DNA of 63,208 nt, counting the filler, from Diploschistes diacapsis (lineage: Eukaryota), in assembly GCA_023645945.1 (NCBI GenBank). It is 17 parts of 17 records of this genome, joined end to end, with 100 filler letters (N's around TTAATTAATTAA, not from the genome) between each part and the next. Parts side by side here need not be neighbours in the genome. Positions count along the whole stretch, not along the records: positions 1 to 2,303 come from JALAIB010002269.1; positions 2,404 to 27,362 come from JALAIB010000227.1; 15 more parts are not named here. One strand, written 5' to 3'. Each line of letters opens with the position of its first letter. Position 1 is the first letter of the stretch. Both the position numbers and the translations under genes were made by a program. The notes under the pieces are model-generated. The model made no database searches. It was not told the DNA's origin and saw nothing but the letters and a program-made list of their open reading frames with translations. Below are positions 1 to 12,054 of the stretch, piece after piece.

Positions 1-189
1 TAAATAAATAAATAAATAAAATTACCGTTCTCCTTTTCTACCTACGACTAAATAAAATGATTTCCCAGACCTTCTATTCATCACGTGACCCGTGTCACCC
101 TAATTGGACTATATATAAGGAATGGTTGGGAAGTGCCCGACTAGCTGTTGCGTGCCAAGTACTACCGACTAGTACCTTGGATCGTAACA
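1..189 (-). mobile_element. Partial LTR (family starting TGTTACGATCCAAG) inserted into a gypsy RT
   Basis: Reverse complement begins TGTTACGATCCAAGG, same terminus as LTRs at 49847 and 45423; body similar to 34895-35000 and 49750-49846. Confidence 0.75.
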
Positions 190-900
190 CGAAGTTCGTA
201 TTTGTTGAATCGTCGAAGCATTTTTTTAACTTTTTATCGATAATTCTCGAGTGTCCCGCTGAAGTAGATTAAAGTGTCGTTTAGATACGAGATAACGTAC
301 TCGTTTAAGATATCGCGTAATATATCGTTTATAAGTTTCTGTTCGGTAATTGATACGTTAATAAATTTAAAAGATATTATTAAATACTTAAATAGCCCGT
401 AACGTGTTTTAGATATTGTTTTTTATTTTTCGTTTATTTTTATTTTTATGAGGTTAAAGCTTGTTCGTTGGTCTAACTTCGTGTATTATAATGCGTTATG
501 TAATCGATCTCGCAATTCTTGAATATTCGGTATAGGATAATGGTTTTTCACGGTAATAGCGTTAAGCTTCTGGAAATCAATATAAGGTCGAAAAGTTTAC
601 CTTTTTTTACCGTTAGGTTTCGGTACGAAAATGATTAGAAATAATATTGATAATTTGGATTTACGAATGTGTCCTTTTTTGAATATTTTCTAAAGATATT
701 GCTTAAGGAATTTCAGCTCCATCGCTAATGTTTTGTAAAAAGATCTAAACTTTGGGGTTTCTTCGTCTATAAGTTCGATAATATGGTTTTAAGGTTTATA
801 TTTAGGTAGTGCTCGTAAGCTTATTTCTTCCTAAAAGAGGTATAATTATTAATAATATTTTTTAGAGATCTTTGAAAGGTAATTATTTTCTTTCTTATTA
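190..900 (-). mobile_element. Ty3/gypsy reverse transcriptase remnant, RIP-mutated
   Basis: Minus strand reads IDFQKLNAITVKNHYPIPNI...KTRYGLFKYLIISF...YLNDTLIY (degenerate YLDD). Confidence 0.85.
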
Positions 901-958
901 GTATTTTTATTAGTATAAGTTTTTATTTCTTATATTTAAATTTGTTAGTTAAGGTTCT

Positions 959-1126
959 TGTCAGTATAGACTCAAATTGTAGTGTGTGTAGAAGATGGAT
1001 TGCTAAAAGCTAGGTGGGCAGCGAGCCCTTATAGCTACTACAATAGCTGCTAAGTAGGTGGATGCCCAATGGCATCATCACCCATGGCATCACGAGCGAC
1101 GCCGGCGAAGATAGAAGTAAGCGACA
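959..1126 (-). mobile_element. Short LTR-like segment, probable 3' LTR of the adjacent chromovirus
   Basis: TGTC...GACA termini; GC-richer than flanks; lies downstream of the chromodomain on the minus strand. Confidence 0.5.
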
Positions 1127-2303
1127 TTCCTAATAGTTCAATAGTTACTATAATATCCATCGATATAAAATACTTATGTTTACATAAGTAATATCTCAAA
1201 TAAATATTAAATGAACGAGATAAACTCTCGATATTTAATCTTAAAATATTTTAATAATATTTCTTATTATTATTTCCTTTTCTCTTATCTTTAAAATAAT
1301 TTTATTCCTTCATCAAACTTACCTCCATCTCGTAGACATAATTTTAATTTTATACTTCTAATAGTTTTATTTTCACAACGTTAGCGTGCCTTATTTCGAA
1401 CTCGAGGATCCGATTTGTCGAATATTGTTATAATTCTCGATCGATGATCTATATATTATCGATAATATTATATTCTAATTATCGAATTAAATATTACGTA
1501 CTTTATCCGCGTTCCTTACGTATACGGCGCTTAATTAGTAATCGTTCGATTTCGAACTTTTCGTTAATCTCGATCGTTATAAACGGCGGCGGTAAAGATC
1601 GTCTGCGATAAAGATCGTTAATTGGATCTAATACCGGCTCGAGATACGCAATGTTAATAATATCGTAAATATAATAATAATCCGGTAACTATAATTTATA
1701 AACTAATTTATTAATACGTTCTAAGATCTTGAAGGGTTTAGCAAGCTGAACGGAAAGCTTAATATTAACTACGATAAATAACTTATATTTCCGATATAGA
1801 CGTAACATCGCAAAATCTCTAACTTTTATAAAATAGACCTTATAACGCTTATCGTAGGTTTCCTTCATAACAATTTCAGTTATAACTAGTACGTCCTTAA
1901 CGTCGGTCATTTTTAGGCGTAGTTTAACTAATTTAGCAATCTTACGACGTCGATGCTGTTGCTTTCGTAATCGTGCATCTCGAATATATTAAATAAATGC
2001 CACATCGTGAGCTTTAAATATTAATATTGGTCCGTTTATAAATGTTTGATCTCGTCGGTCTATATCTGGGGCAGATATGGTTATTGATTTTACTATTTTT
2101 TTTAAAGGATATCTTCTATTATTCGGGTTATCCTGATCTATAAATATCTTTTATAATATACTACTTCCGTTTAGTTTAGGTACCTCTGTCGCAGGTATAT
2201 ATATCTCCTTTATTCTTACAGATATCCGTACTTTTATATCAGGTATTCGTTTTTATATTATAGCCGGTATAATTATTATAAAATATATTTATGTTATAAA
2301 AAG
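1127..2303 (-). mobile_element. Gypsy (chromovirus) integrase C-terminus and chromodomain remnant
   Basis: KLSVQLAKPFKILERINKLVYKL*LPD (GPY/F-like region) followed by EKFEIERLLIKR. Confidence 0.75.
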
Positions 2304-2403
2304 NNNNNNNNNNNNNNNNNNNNNNNNNNNNNNNNNNNNNNNNNNNNTTAATTAATTAANNNNNNNNNNNNNNNNNNNNNNNNNNNNNNNNNNNNNNNNN
2401 NNN
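2304..2403. other. Artificial contig linker N44-TTAATTAATTAA-N44; identical linkers start at 27363, 29764, 32163, 34558, 36951, 39343, 41734, 44124, 46514, 48901, 51288, 53675, 56061, 58445, 60827
   Basis: Identical 100-nt spacer with stops in all six frames; the small contigs decrease steadily in size (2303 to 2282 nt). Confidence 0.98.
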
Positions 2404-4367
2404 GCCCACCAGCGCGCACTGCACATCTCCCATAAGCGACTCCTGGCACGCTTGTACGCGAAGCGCTCGTCTTCGCCGGTAAAGGTGGTGGATTTACGGA
2501 AATTCGGCCGACGGACCATTGTTCCAGATGCAGGCGTCGGTGGCGAGCGCTCGTCGCGCGCGAAAGGACCTGTTCCCTGCGAAGAGGATGTACCAATGGA
2601 GCGACCGGCGCCATAGACGGGGCCGAAGTCGGAGTCTTCGTCTGCGAGGATGGAGCGGGGGGAGGGGTGAGTAGTGCTGGGACTGTGGCGGGCTTTGGTG
2701 TTGGTGGTTGTGTCATGGTGATGGATGTGAGGGAGAGGCTGGACGTCATATTCTGGCGAGGAGGCGGAGGGGGTATAGGCGGAGATGTTGGGGCGGAAGG
2801 GCGAGGTGCGGTCTTGGTAGATCTCGGAGAAGGTTTCGGCATAGGTACCATCTTGAGACATTTCAGAGCTAGTCCTGGAATTCGGATCGGGTGTCCGGGA
2901 TCGGGTCTCGGGGAAGAAGAGGTCGTCCGGGCCGGCGGAGGCTTGGATCAGGAGCTTGCACTTTGCTTCATAGAGGGCGTCGAGGAGGGTAATGAAGCGG
3001 CGAGCTTCGTTTTTCTCGAGTAAAGAGAGAACGGGGACGTCGATGAGGATGAAGGTGTGGAATGTGGAGGCTAGGGACACGTAGTCGGCTGGGCCAAGAT
3101 TCCTTGCGCAGAGCTCCGGAAAGCTCCACAGGGAAATCTTGTTGAAACATTTGGGGATAGTCAGCACCCGACCAAAGACGCGGAGAGTTGCTGACTTCCA
3201 TGTGATGGACACAAAGGAATGAGATGTAGATTGAAAGCCAGGGAGTGACTTAATAACAGCTTCATGGAACCCGGCCGACAAGTCTTTCTGCCCGCTTTCG
3301 AATACTTCAGCTGGGGTAAGATGATAATATTGTGGCAAAGAACCATCTTCATCTTCCGGTTGATCTGCTGGAAGGGCTCCATCACCAATCGATCCACTGA
3401 CTGCCTCCTTGCTTCTATTCTCGCGAAAGGTTTTTCGTCTCCAATCTCGTTCGCCTTCCATTTCCCACACCTCACATCGAGCCCGCAGCACCTCAAGAAA
3501 AGCAGCAAAATCCGACTTCTGCTCTTGCGTGCTCTTGATCTCCCTTCCACTCCTTGATCGCCCTAGTATTGCGTCCTTCAGACTCTGAGAGGCCGGCGGA
3601 GAGGAAGCAGGGGGGCCGAACTCCAATCCAGAGGCCTTGGCCAGTTCCTCTGGCATTCTGTTACTCGTAGCAATTAGAACACCACCCAAATGAAAAAAAG
3701 ATGTAAATAAATTAGACAATATCTTAGATGCAGCTCTATCGGGGAATTGAAATTCGTCAAGAAATAAAATAGGGGAAGTTTCGATCATATCTCTGGCAAA
3801 AGAAAGTAACGAGTGTTCCTCGTGCAGGCCCGATGCATCCCTCATCTCTACCAGTCGTCTGATGCGCAGTTTCTCTAGCTTTGCAAAGGCTTCTAGCATG
3901 AACGTGTTGAAATGCCATCGACGCTTTTTGCGGTTAGGCAGGGAATTGGCTAACAGATCCACGAGCATGGACTTGCCCGTGCCCACTTCTCCATGGAGAA
4001 GGAGTCCCTGAGGAGAGTCAATGCTCAATGCCGATTCATGGCCTGTAATGGTTCTTATCAGGGCCAAAGATCCTTTATCAGCCTTCTGTTGTCGCCAAAA
4101 GGGTGAAAAGACGGGTTTAACATCGCCATCAGGAGGGCCAGGAGATCGCTTCGGATCATTGAGCACGGAAGATAGCTGATTTAGCTTCTGACGGTACTCG
4201 ACTTGTGGCTCGTAGTCCTTGAGGCGATGATAGAGCTTTTGAAGGTGGATAGCGAGTCGGTGCTGCGCCGGATCCGACTCGATCTTTTTCGTAGCTACAA
4301 GAGCACGATAGAGTACTAGGGGGTTGGTGATTGCGAGAGCTCTATTGGACGCAGAAGCTGCATTCAT
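2404..4367 (-). CDS. AFG1/LACE1/ZapE-family ATPase, 3' end cut by contig end
   Basis: DPAQ, Walker A GEVGTGKS, WHFNTFM, Walker B LFLDEFQ, IATSNR, EARRFITLLDALYE, FTGEDERFAYKRARSRL. Confidence 0.9.
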
Positions 4368-5133
4368 GGATGATTCCTGTGACAGGTCAGTTCAATGACT
4401 CTCACTACGAATCTACCTAGCCCATTGTTCATAACACGCCAGAAAATGTATGACGTACTGTATTTGACTACTAACGCGGACCTACTTCGCACAACTATTG
4501 TTTTCGAAAAACATATCAACCAGCTTGGTGAGGAAGACTGAATGTGTTTCTATCCAAAAAAAATCAAGTCGCGGTGGCTATGGGAAAGTGTTTGTTGGAG
4601 GGCGATTAAAGATCTCGAGATGGGCAAATCCATGCCTTACTTGCGGACAAAAGGTGCTTCAGGACAGCAGCCTCAGATTCTATGAGGACAATGCTCCTCT
4701 AAGCTCTAGGATTGCATAAATTACTATCTTTCCCACTTTTACCAGAAATCCCAAGAAATTGCAATCATACATGCTACTGTATAATTTTTATTGAATCAAA
4801 GAACTCGAATAGCCATGCCAAACGTCTTAATGGAAGGAAAGACTATGAAACGGTGCTACTGATGCATGGAGAAGAGCCCTGCATCTCTCTCGACAGAAGA
4901 AAAAAAAAACCAAATCCGCTTTAAGCCAGAAACTTTGTCCAAGGATGATGCCAAAGGAGCGCTAGAAAGGTAAGCAAGATGCTTGGAAAAGACCCGCCCT
5001 ATCTTCTACGCTCTTCGGCACAGTCAAGAAAAGTCCAGTCTGTCTTGCCCATTGTCTTTCCTGAATCTCCATCTCTTCAATTTTCGATCTCACATCTTAC
5101 ATCTCCACTCCCCTTCGCTCCTGGCACCATCTC

Positions 5134-6677
5134 TCAAAGTCCAGCCGGCAACACCCCGTAGGCAGCACCGCTCCCGCATTGCTCAACACGCTCGTAACCC
5201 CAACATTTTGCCCAATAACCGCCGTTCCTCCCGTCAGCCCGCCAAGCGCGCTCGCAGCCCCTGCGACTCCGCTTCACGTGCTCGCAACGCCGCACGCCGT
5301 TTGCAGGAGCGCCAAGCCAGAGCACGCACCCAACGCGACGTCGCTGGTAGGCAAGGCGGCGCACTCGGACTTGATAGCGGGCAGCTGAACGCAGAGTAGT
5401 GGGAGCAGGGCGCTCGTGAGAGCGGAGGAGGGGCCGGAGAGTTGTGGTCCCGCTTCTGCTTCGGCGTCACGAACCTTCAAGCCGGATGCGAGACCGGACA
5501 GTGCGGTTGCAGCGGCTGCGGGATTCGAGGTTTGAGCACCGATGACAGAAGTAATGGCCGCGACAGCGGTTGTGGCGACGTTGTTCTACGTGACGGCTGC
5601 AACAGGGTTCGAGGATACGGCGGTTGTAGCAGCTGCAGCCGCTGCGGTGGCGGACCATGCAACGGCGACTGATTGAACAACCGAAGAGGCGGGGGCTGGC
5701 GCAGCGGCTGGCAACGGCAGCGATGGTGGAGGTTGTGTTTGATGCTACCGAGGCCGGATTTGAGGCTCCTGTGACGGGGTTAGATGCCACTGCAGCAGGG
5801 CTCGAAGCTACGGCTGCAACGGCGGTGGTGGTTCCAGCGGGATTAGCCAGCACAGGCGTCGCGGCTCCAACATTGCCAAGGACGCTCGTGGCGCCACGTG
5901 CTGCTCCAAGAACGCTAGTAACATGGACTGGATTGCTCCAGACACTGGTGATAACTCCAGCACCTCCAAGAATGCTCGTAGCTCCAGCAGGGCTACCAAG
6001 AATACTGGTGACAGCCCCGGCGCTTCCGAGAACACTTGTTGCACCTACTGGATTGCCAAGTACACTCGTCGCACCGCACAGCACGCTCGTAGCTTTGCCA
6101 GCACCGCCAAAGACGCTCGTAGCGCCAGCGACGCCTCTCAGAGCACTGGTAGCGCCAGTCACGCCACCAAGAACACTCGTAGCCCCGTAATTCCACCCAG
6201 CGCACTCGTCGCCCCATTGAGACCAAACAACGACGTACACGGCGCCACACCCGAAGCCAGGGACGCGCAGCCCTCCTTCGCCGCCTGGACAGACGAGAGG
6301 GTAGTACAGACGTTATTAGCGGCCGTGACAAACGTGCACACGGGCTTCAAGAAGCTTAAGAGGAGCGCACTCTGGCTGCTACTGGTGGCGCTGCCGCCCA
6401 GGCCATCCAGAATTGGTGCCGGTCAGACCGGAGAGCTGGCGCTCCTCGATGTCGCAGAGGTTGAGACCGCCGGTGCTACCGCCAACGAGGCTGCCGATGC
6501 CAGGGAGGATGCCGGTGAGACTGCCCAGGCGACCGAGTTGGGGATACGCACTGGGATGGGGTTGCGTGCTTCGAGGGTTTTGAGGTTTGCGGGTTGGAGC
6601 TCAGCGTGGGGAATGTGTTTGGGGAGGGCGAGAGGGAGGATGAGAGCGAGAGTGCCGATTTTGACGGAGGGGCGCAT
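5134..6677 (-). pseudogene. Degenerate secreted Ala/Gly/Ser/Thr/Val-rich repeat protein with two 4-Cys modules
   Basis: Signal-like N-terminus MRPSVKIGTLALILPLAL; coherent protein recovered only by frame changes near 6540, 6415, 6185 and 5710; in-frame TAG 5586-5588 and TGA 5274-5276; 3' end approximate. Confidence 0.7.
5860..6215 (-). repeat. ~30-bp (10-aa) tandem repeat GATSVLGxxx, about 12 copies
   Basis: GATSVLGGVT GATSALRGVA GATSVFGGAG KATSVLC GATSVLGNPV GATSVLGSAG AVTSILGSPA GATSILGGAG... Confidence 0.9.
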
Positions 6678-7583
6678 TCTTATGCTTAGCGCTGTGGAAA
6701 ATGCGCGTGTGTTGAAGGGACCGAGGGCCTTATAGCAAGGAAGGGAGCTAAGGTAGGAGAGGATTTTGGAGCTGATTGAGTAGAAAGGCTGTGGAAGATG
6801 GATAGGTAGGCAACTGCCCGGGACGAAGCAGACTTAAGTACTGGGTCCAAGAGGCAGCGGGCAGTTTCTGGCTGTGGAACAGGTATCTCTATGGGTAAGG
6901 CTCTTGATCCTCGTATTATGTTCTCTGATACAGATGAATCCATTGTTCCGTAACGGCATTACCACGTGGATTCCTGAACGTCCAGACTTCAGCCCATGGG
7001 TGTAAATACTTCAGGCCTAGCGAGGCGTCTAGAAACAATGTATAGAGACCTTGACGCCATGATCTAAGTAAGGTTTCAGATGCTTGAGTATATCGAACAA
7101 AACACAACGTGAATGATTGCCCAGATGGATGAGATCAAGAACAGAGAGTACAATCACAATCGAATTCTGGGAAGCTCAGCGGGCACATGAACAGGGTGTC
7201 AAATCCCGATCTTTAAAAGATCCAAAGCTTGGTCGGCAAGCTGTCTCATCAGTCATTTGCTCGTAAGTCGATTATCAACGTGCAACAGTATACCTTACAG
7301 ATGCGGCTTCCCGTGGATACTCTTAGACTTATATGAGGCGGAAGCTCTGTAAGGTTTTTCTCAGTTGTAAATCGAATCAAAGTAGGCTTGCGGCCACTTC
7401 TAAAGAGGTAAACGTGGGAATCACAAGGTATGACTGTTTCTCTTTTCGAGACTGAGCTGCAACAGTGCCAAGCCCCTGCCCCCTATCCTTGGATGTAAAT
7501 TGACAGCACGAATTTCGGCATTCATTCTCGATTGTAGCAGAGCTGAGGGTATCAATAGCTTGCAATCATTTCTTCTCAATCGA

Positions 7584-9408
7584 TCAGTCCTCATCCCAAT
7601 TGGGGTTTTGTCCCGGTGGCTTCGGGCCTCCTGCTTGCCTGGCCACGATAATTTGATCCACACTGAGCACTGTTCTCGCAGCCTCTGTAGCAAGCTTAAT
7701 AGCCCATTGTTTCGAGACCAGAAGATCTAGAATACCCTCCTCTTCTGTGTCCAGCGTGCCTGTGCCGTCCTCATTGTCGATGTCCACCCCCAGACAAAAG
7801 TCTTCGTCATCGTCATCGTCATCGTCATCATCCTCATCTGATTTCTCCGATTTCTTGTTCTTTGCTGCTTTACTGATCGCAGCAAATGCTTTTTGATGAG
7901 CATTATACAGGGTGGCCAAAACCTCAGTAGCGTCCAATCCTCCTGATTCCGCAAGAGTACGTGGAATAACTTCGAATGCCTGACCATAAGCTTTGATTGA
8001 ATACTGCATCAACCCAGCTGTCCGTTCACCGAACGCAGTCAGGCGTTCAATCAACTGCATTTCTGTAGCTCCCGCACCTGGAACCAGTCGAGCGTCGCGT
8101 GTGATAGCCTTGATGACATTAACGCCATCGTCTACAGCACGCTCCACATCATCGAGATGGTTCTGGGTCGCGCCACGAAGAACCAGAGTCGCCGTTCTGG
8201 TAGCCTCGTTCTCTTGTCTGAACACGGTTACACGATCGCCGCCGATTTCGGTTGTCTCCACGACATCTACGGTACCCATCTCATCGGGCATTGGGGCACC
8301 AAGGCGGGCGAGTGGAGTGGCACCGACGACCCGGCAAAGGCGACGAATTTCAAACTTGGACAGAACTTTGATAACCAAGATACCAAAGCGGTTTAGATAG
8401 TGGAGTGCCAATTCTCCTACCGTAGTCCCGGCTACCAGAACGCGAAGACCGGAGTCGTGCAATTCTTTGACAATGCCTTCAAGCTGCGTCTCTTCCCCTT
8501 TCGTGAAATCGAGGATTTCCTTTGCGTTCTTCAATAGCACGGTTCCCTTCGTTTCGGTCTGAGAGATATCAATAGGGCAAGAAAAGACACCGACTTTTGC
8601 TTTCCTAGCTTTCTTCACCGATCCATCGGGTTCTCGCCCGAAAACCATTCCCTTGACTACCCTGCTCTGCTCTAGGCTTCCACCCATAATCTTCACCACG
8701 CGGATGTTGTCGACATTGAAATTCGCGGGGTTTTTTGGTAATGTCGCTAATACTGCTTCTGCTACCATGCCGGCTAGGTAGTCCTCCGAGCCACTCTGTT
8801 TCGAAGCGACGACAGTTCGGATGGCTTTGCTGAGTTCAGCTTTTGAGCGCAAATCCGAGACTTCGTCTATAGCAAGTGCTACATTGCCCTCAGCATCTCA
8901 AACCGCTCAATACAGTCCACGGGAGTCATACCATCGAGGATCTTCAAAGCTTCATTCTGCGCTCGCTCGTAGCCCTGCACAATATCGCTGGTCTTGAGAC
9001 CCAACCGTATAAGCTCCTCGGCCTTCTTCAATAGCTCTCCCGCCAGTACAATAACCATATTGGTGCAGTCACCCATTTCTGCTTCCTGCTGCTGACTAGC
9101 CATTACTAGCAGTTTTGCGGCTGGGTGTACGACGTCGAGCTCCCGCAGAATTGTCGCCGCATCTGAAGTCAGAACCATCTTCTGTAGGTGGTTGATGACG
9201 ATCTTATTGCGGCCGTAAGGTCCCAGAGACGTTTGTACGGTCGATGATATTGTTCTGCAAGCTTCTATATTGCGAATGACTGCTCCATCTTCTGCATCGT
9301 AGCTTCAAGGGTGTCAGCGTGAGAGTGATACTCCTGTAAGTGGAGATACCTTGAGTATCCTTGCTTGAACAGCCCGCTATTGGGCGCGTTTGGTATGGAT
9401 AAAGACAT
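7584..9408 (-). CDS. CCT8: T-complex protein 1 subunit theta; introns 9303-9349 and ~8879-8931
   Basis: MSLSIPNAPNSGLFKQGY-SYDAEDGAVIRNIEAC, TSDAATIL, VERAVDDGVN, VPGAGATE, C-terminal GGPKPPGQNPNWDED. Confidence 0.96.
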
Positions 9409-9825
9409 TGTTGCGTCAGAATTGCCAGTCTCAATAAATATGGGTGGAGGGTACTGTAGACCAAAGGATTGCGAACCTCAGAGTGATGTTCGTTAAATTC
9501 TTTTCGAAGCTCTCATATTTGCCAAGCCCACGCACCTGATGAGGGTTGCGTCCTCATTGGCTATTTGTGGGGCTCGCTTAGAGTACCCCCAGATACAGCT
9601 CCAGAGTTGCTTTGCATTTTTATACAGCAGCTAGCTATAGAGCACGGAGAGTAGGGTAGTGAAGCTAATAATCTTGTACTGTAGCTAATTCGCGAGATGT
9701 TCTATTTCACTATCTAAATATAGTCCTGTGCGTACCTCAAGCCATTCATACTTTAAGATGCCGCCTATAATATTAGGACCGTCTAGTCTATCGATAGAAC
9801 GCCTTTCATTTTTGTGATTGAGAGG

Positions 9826-11276
9826 TCAATCAAGTTCCTCGGCCGGGAGCCCGTTCTGCCATTCTACTGTAACACCGTTGGAGTGCCCATTGGATTGTCC
9901 GTTATAGTGTCCATTGGAATGCTCGTTGGAGCAGCCGTTGGAGCGACCATTTGAGTGACCGTTTGAAAGCCCACTCGTTACTTTTTGTCCGCGCTTCAGA
10001 GCCATAAATTCCATGTTAATACCCGGGCCAAAGGCGCAGGCAACGACATCCTCTTTGCCTATTTCAACATGCATCGGCTGTCTGAGTCTGTTCATGACGC
10101 TCATGACTGTTGCACTTGACGAATTGCCATGCTCCATGTAGACTTCATAGCTGGCTCGAAGATGCTGCTCTTGAATTGCCATGGCGGATTGAACTCCAGT
10201 GATGATAACGGATCCTCCAGGGTGCAGAGCCCAGTCGAAGTCAGTCGCTAATGGCAGCGCACCATCCCTGTGCAGCCTTGGAATTGACTTGATGAGCTCA
10301 GTAAATGCAGGTTGAACATTCTTGGAAGCCAATGTAGGAACTCGGTGTGAGAGTATGACCTTCCAGCCTGCCGCCATAAGCCAGTGATAATTTGTGGTGT
10401 TTTAGCTTACCTAGCGGATCAACATCGAACCCAAGGTCGACGTCGCTGTCTTCTATTACTTCGTGCCGCCAGCCAAGGATATTATACACTGGTCCATGAG
10501 CATCGCTCTTTCCTACACCGTTGCTGATGACGCATGCAGACGCTGCATCACTGAACAAGCATATACCTATTCGCACTTCTTGGTTATGATGGATAGATTC
10601 TAGCTCGGATCTCGCGAATACGCTTGAGATTTCGCAAGCCAGCACCAGTACACGTGCAGGCTTCCGCCTATATGATGCCCCCAGTGCTATGTTTGCAGCG
10701 GTCCGCATGGCCGCCATACCGCCGGAGCAGCCAATTCCCGCCAATAGGATTTTCTCCGCATTACGATTGATGCCAAGCTCTTTGATCACGAAATGATCAT
10801 ACCCTGGGTTTGCCGAATTGGTGCAAGTTGTCGATATAACATGGGTGATGTCTTGCAGGTCTCCTCCCCATTCTGCTAGTGCTTTTCTGCAAGCATTGAC
10901 CGATAGCTTGACGCCTTCGTTCATGAACAGCTCGTTCAGCTGCTTGATCGACGGCGGTTGCGCCTGGTTAACGATCGGATGATTGACATCTCCGATAGCC
11001 GAGCGACTTTCTATTCCGGTGAAGCGGTTGATTGATATAACTTTGGACAGCCTGCAAGCCCCAGGTCAGTTGGTGTCCAAGATCGCTTACGAACCGAGCG
11101 CACTGGAATCAAGCTCACGCTGTACTCTCCGGGTAATGCCTCTTGGCTAGCGTGTCCAGGTCCTCTGGAACAAGATGAAACGGAGGGTATTCAGAAGCTA
11201 GGCCGACAATGCTGAGCTGCAGATCATCTTCGAATCGTTCTCCACCTGTCGTATGAGAGACTGTAGGCGGTGACAT
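9826..11276 (-). CDS. Type III polyketide synthase (chalcone-synthase family); introns 11052-11118 and 10368-10410
   Basis: Catalytic Cys (GIGCSGG), His (WALHPGG), Asn (HGNSSSA); LFSDAASA; AFGPG; GT-AG introns restore the frame. Confidence 0.95.
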
Positions 11277-12054
11277 TGAACAGATGGGTGAGTGGCGCGG
11301 GCTAGGCCTAGATAAGATAAGGATCCGCACTTTCTTGGCTTGAATTGAACGAAGAGGGAACGCTTGGGGATTCTGTTGAGGGTGGAAGAAAGTCTCGGGA
11401 GGGAAGTTTTCAGGAACGAAATGGGGAGGGCAGGTCAACTATACTATAAGATTTAACATGTATAGCTGTATTAGTGATATCATGGCGTTTGTAGACCTGT
11501 TTCCCAGCAGGAATGGCATTTTCATGCGGACTGTGACAGTTAAAGCCTCTGGTGGCCTCAACAACTTTCTTAGCCCTAAGCATAACCTCGGCTGGGTAAC
11601 TGGGAAGTACGTCCGTCCATCCACCGCTATGGTTAACTCATGGGCGTCATGATTTCCAACGCAGGTCTGAGGATATTTAAAGCATAAAGCAGTTCTATAC
11701 TTTAAAGCTGCTGCAATTCTCCGTTAGTTGCGGAAAGCGTCACTGGATTTTTCGGCCTAGCTCTATATACAGTAAGCTTCATCCAATTGGGGAAGACAAA
11801 CGAGACCGAAGTTCGTGTAGGCTCCATTGCGTCAAGGGCTTTTTATGTCAGGTACGGAGGACTCTCATAGGCAGGTAGGCAAACTCAAGTTCAGCGATAG
11901 CTTCTGAGGGTGTGAAACAGCTTTAGGCTTTATGGAAGGTACGAAGTACTAGTATAATCCGGCATAAGTTGTGATTTCACACGTGCTTGCTCAAACAAAC
12001 AAGTCGTCGCAACGAAGTAGGAAGTCTATACTGCATGCTCTGTGCTATTGCCAA

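Noticed and set aside
6423..6425. In-frame TGA as readthrough or selenocysteine
   Set aside because: An alternative frame (QLGRLGSLTG...EERQLSG) spans it and the locus has several other lesions; a pseudogene is simpler.
5657..6735. Plus-strand ORFs of 177 and 270 aa (PRTLVAP repeats)
   Set aside because: Antisense shadows of the GC-rich repeat gene on the minus strand.
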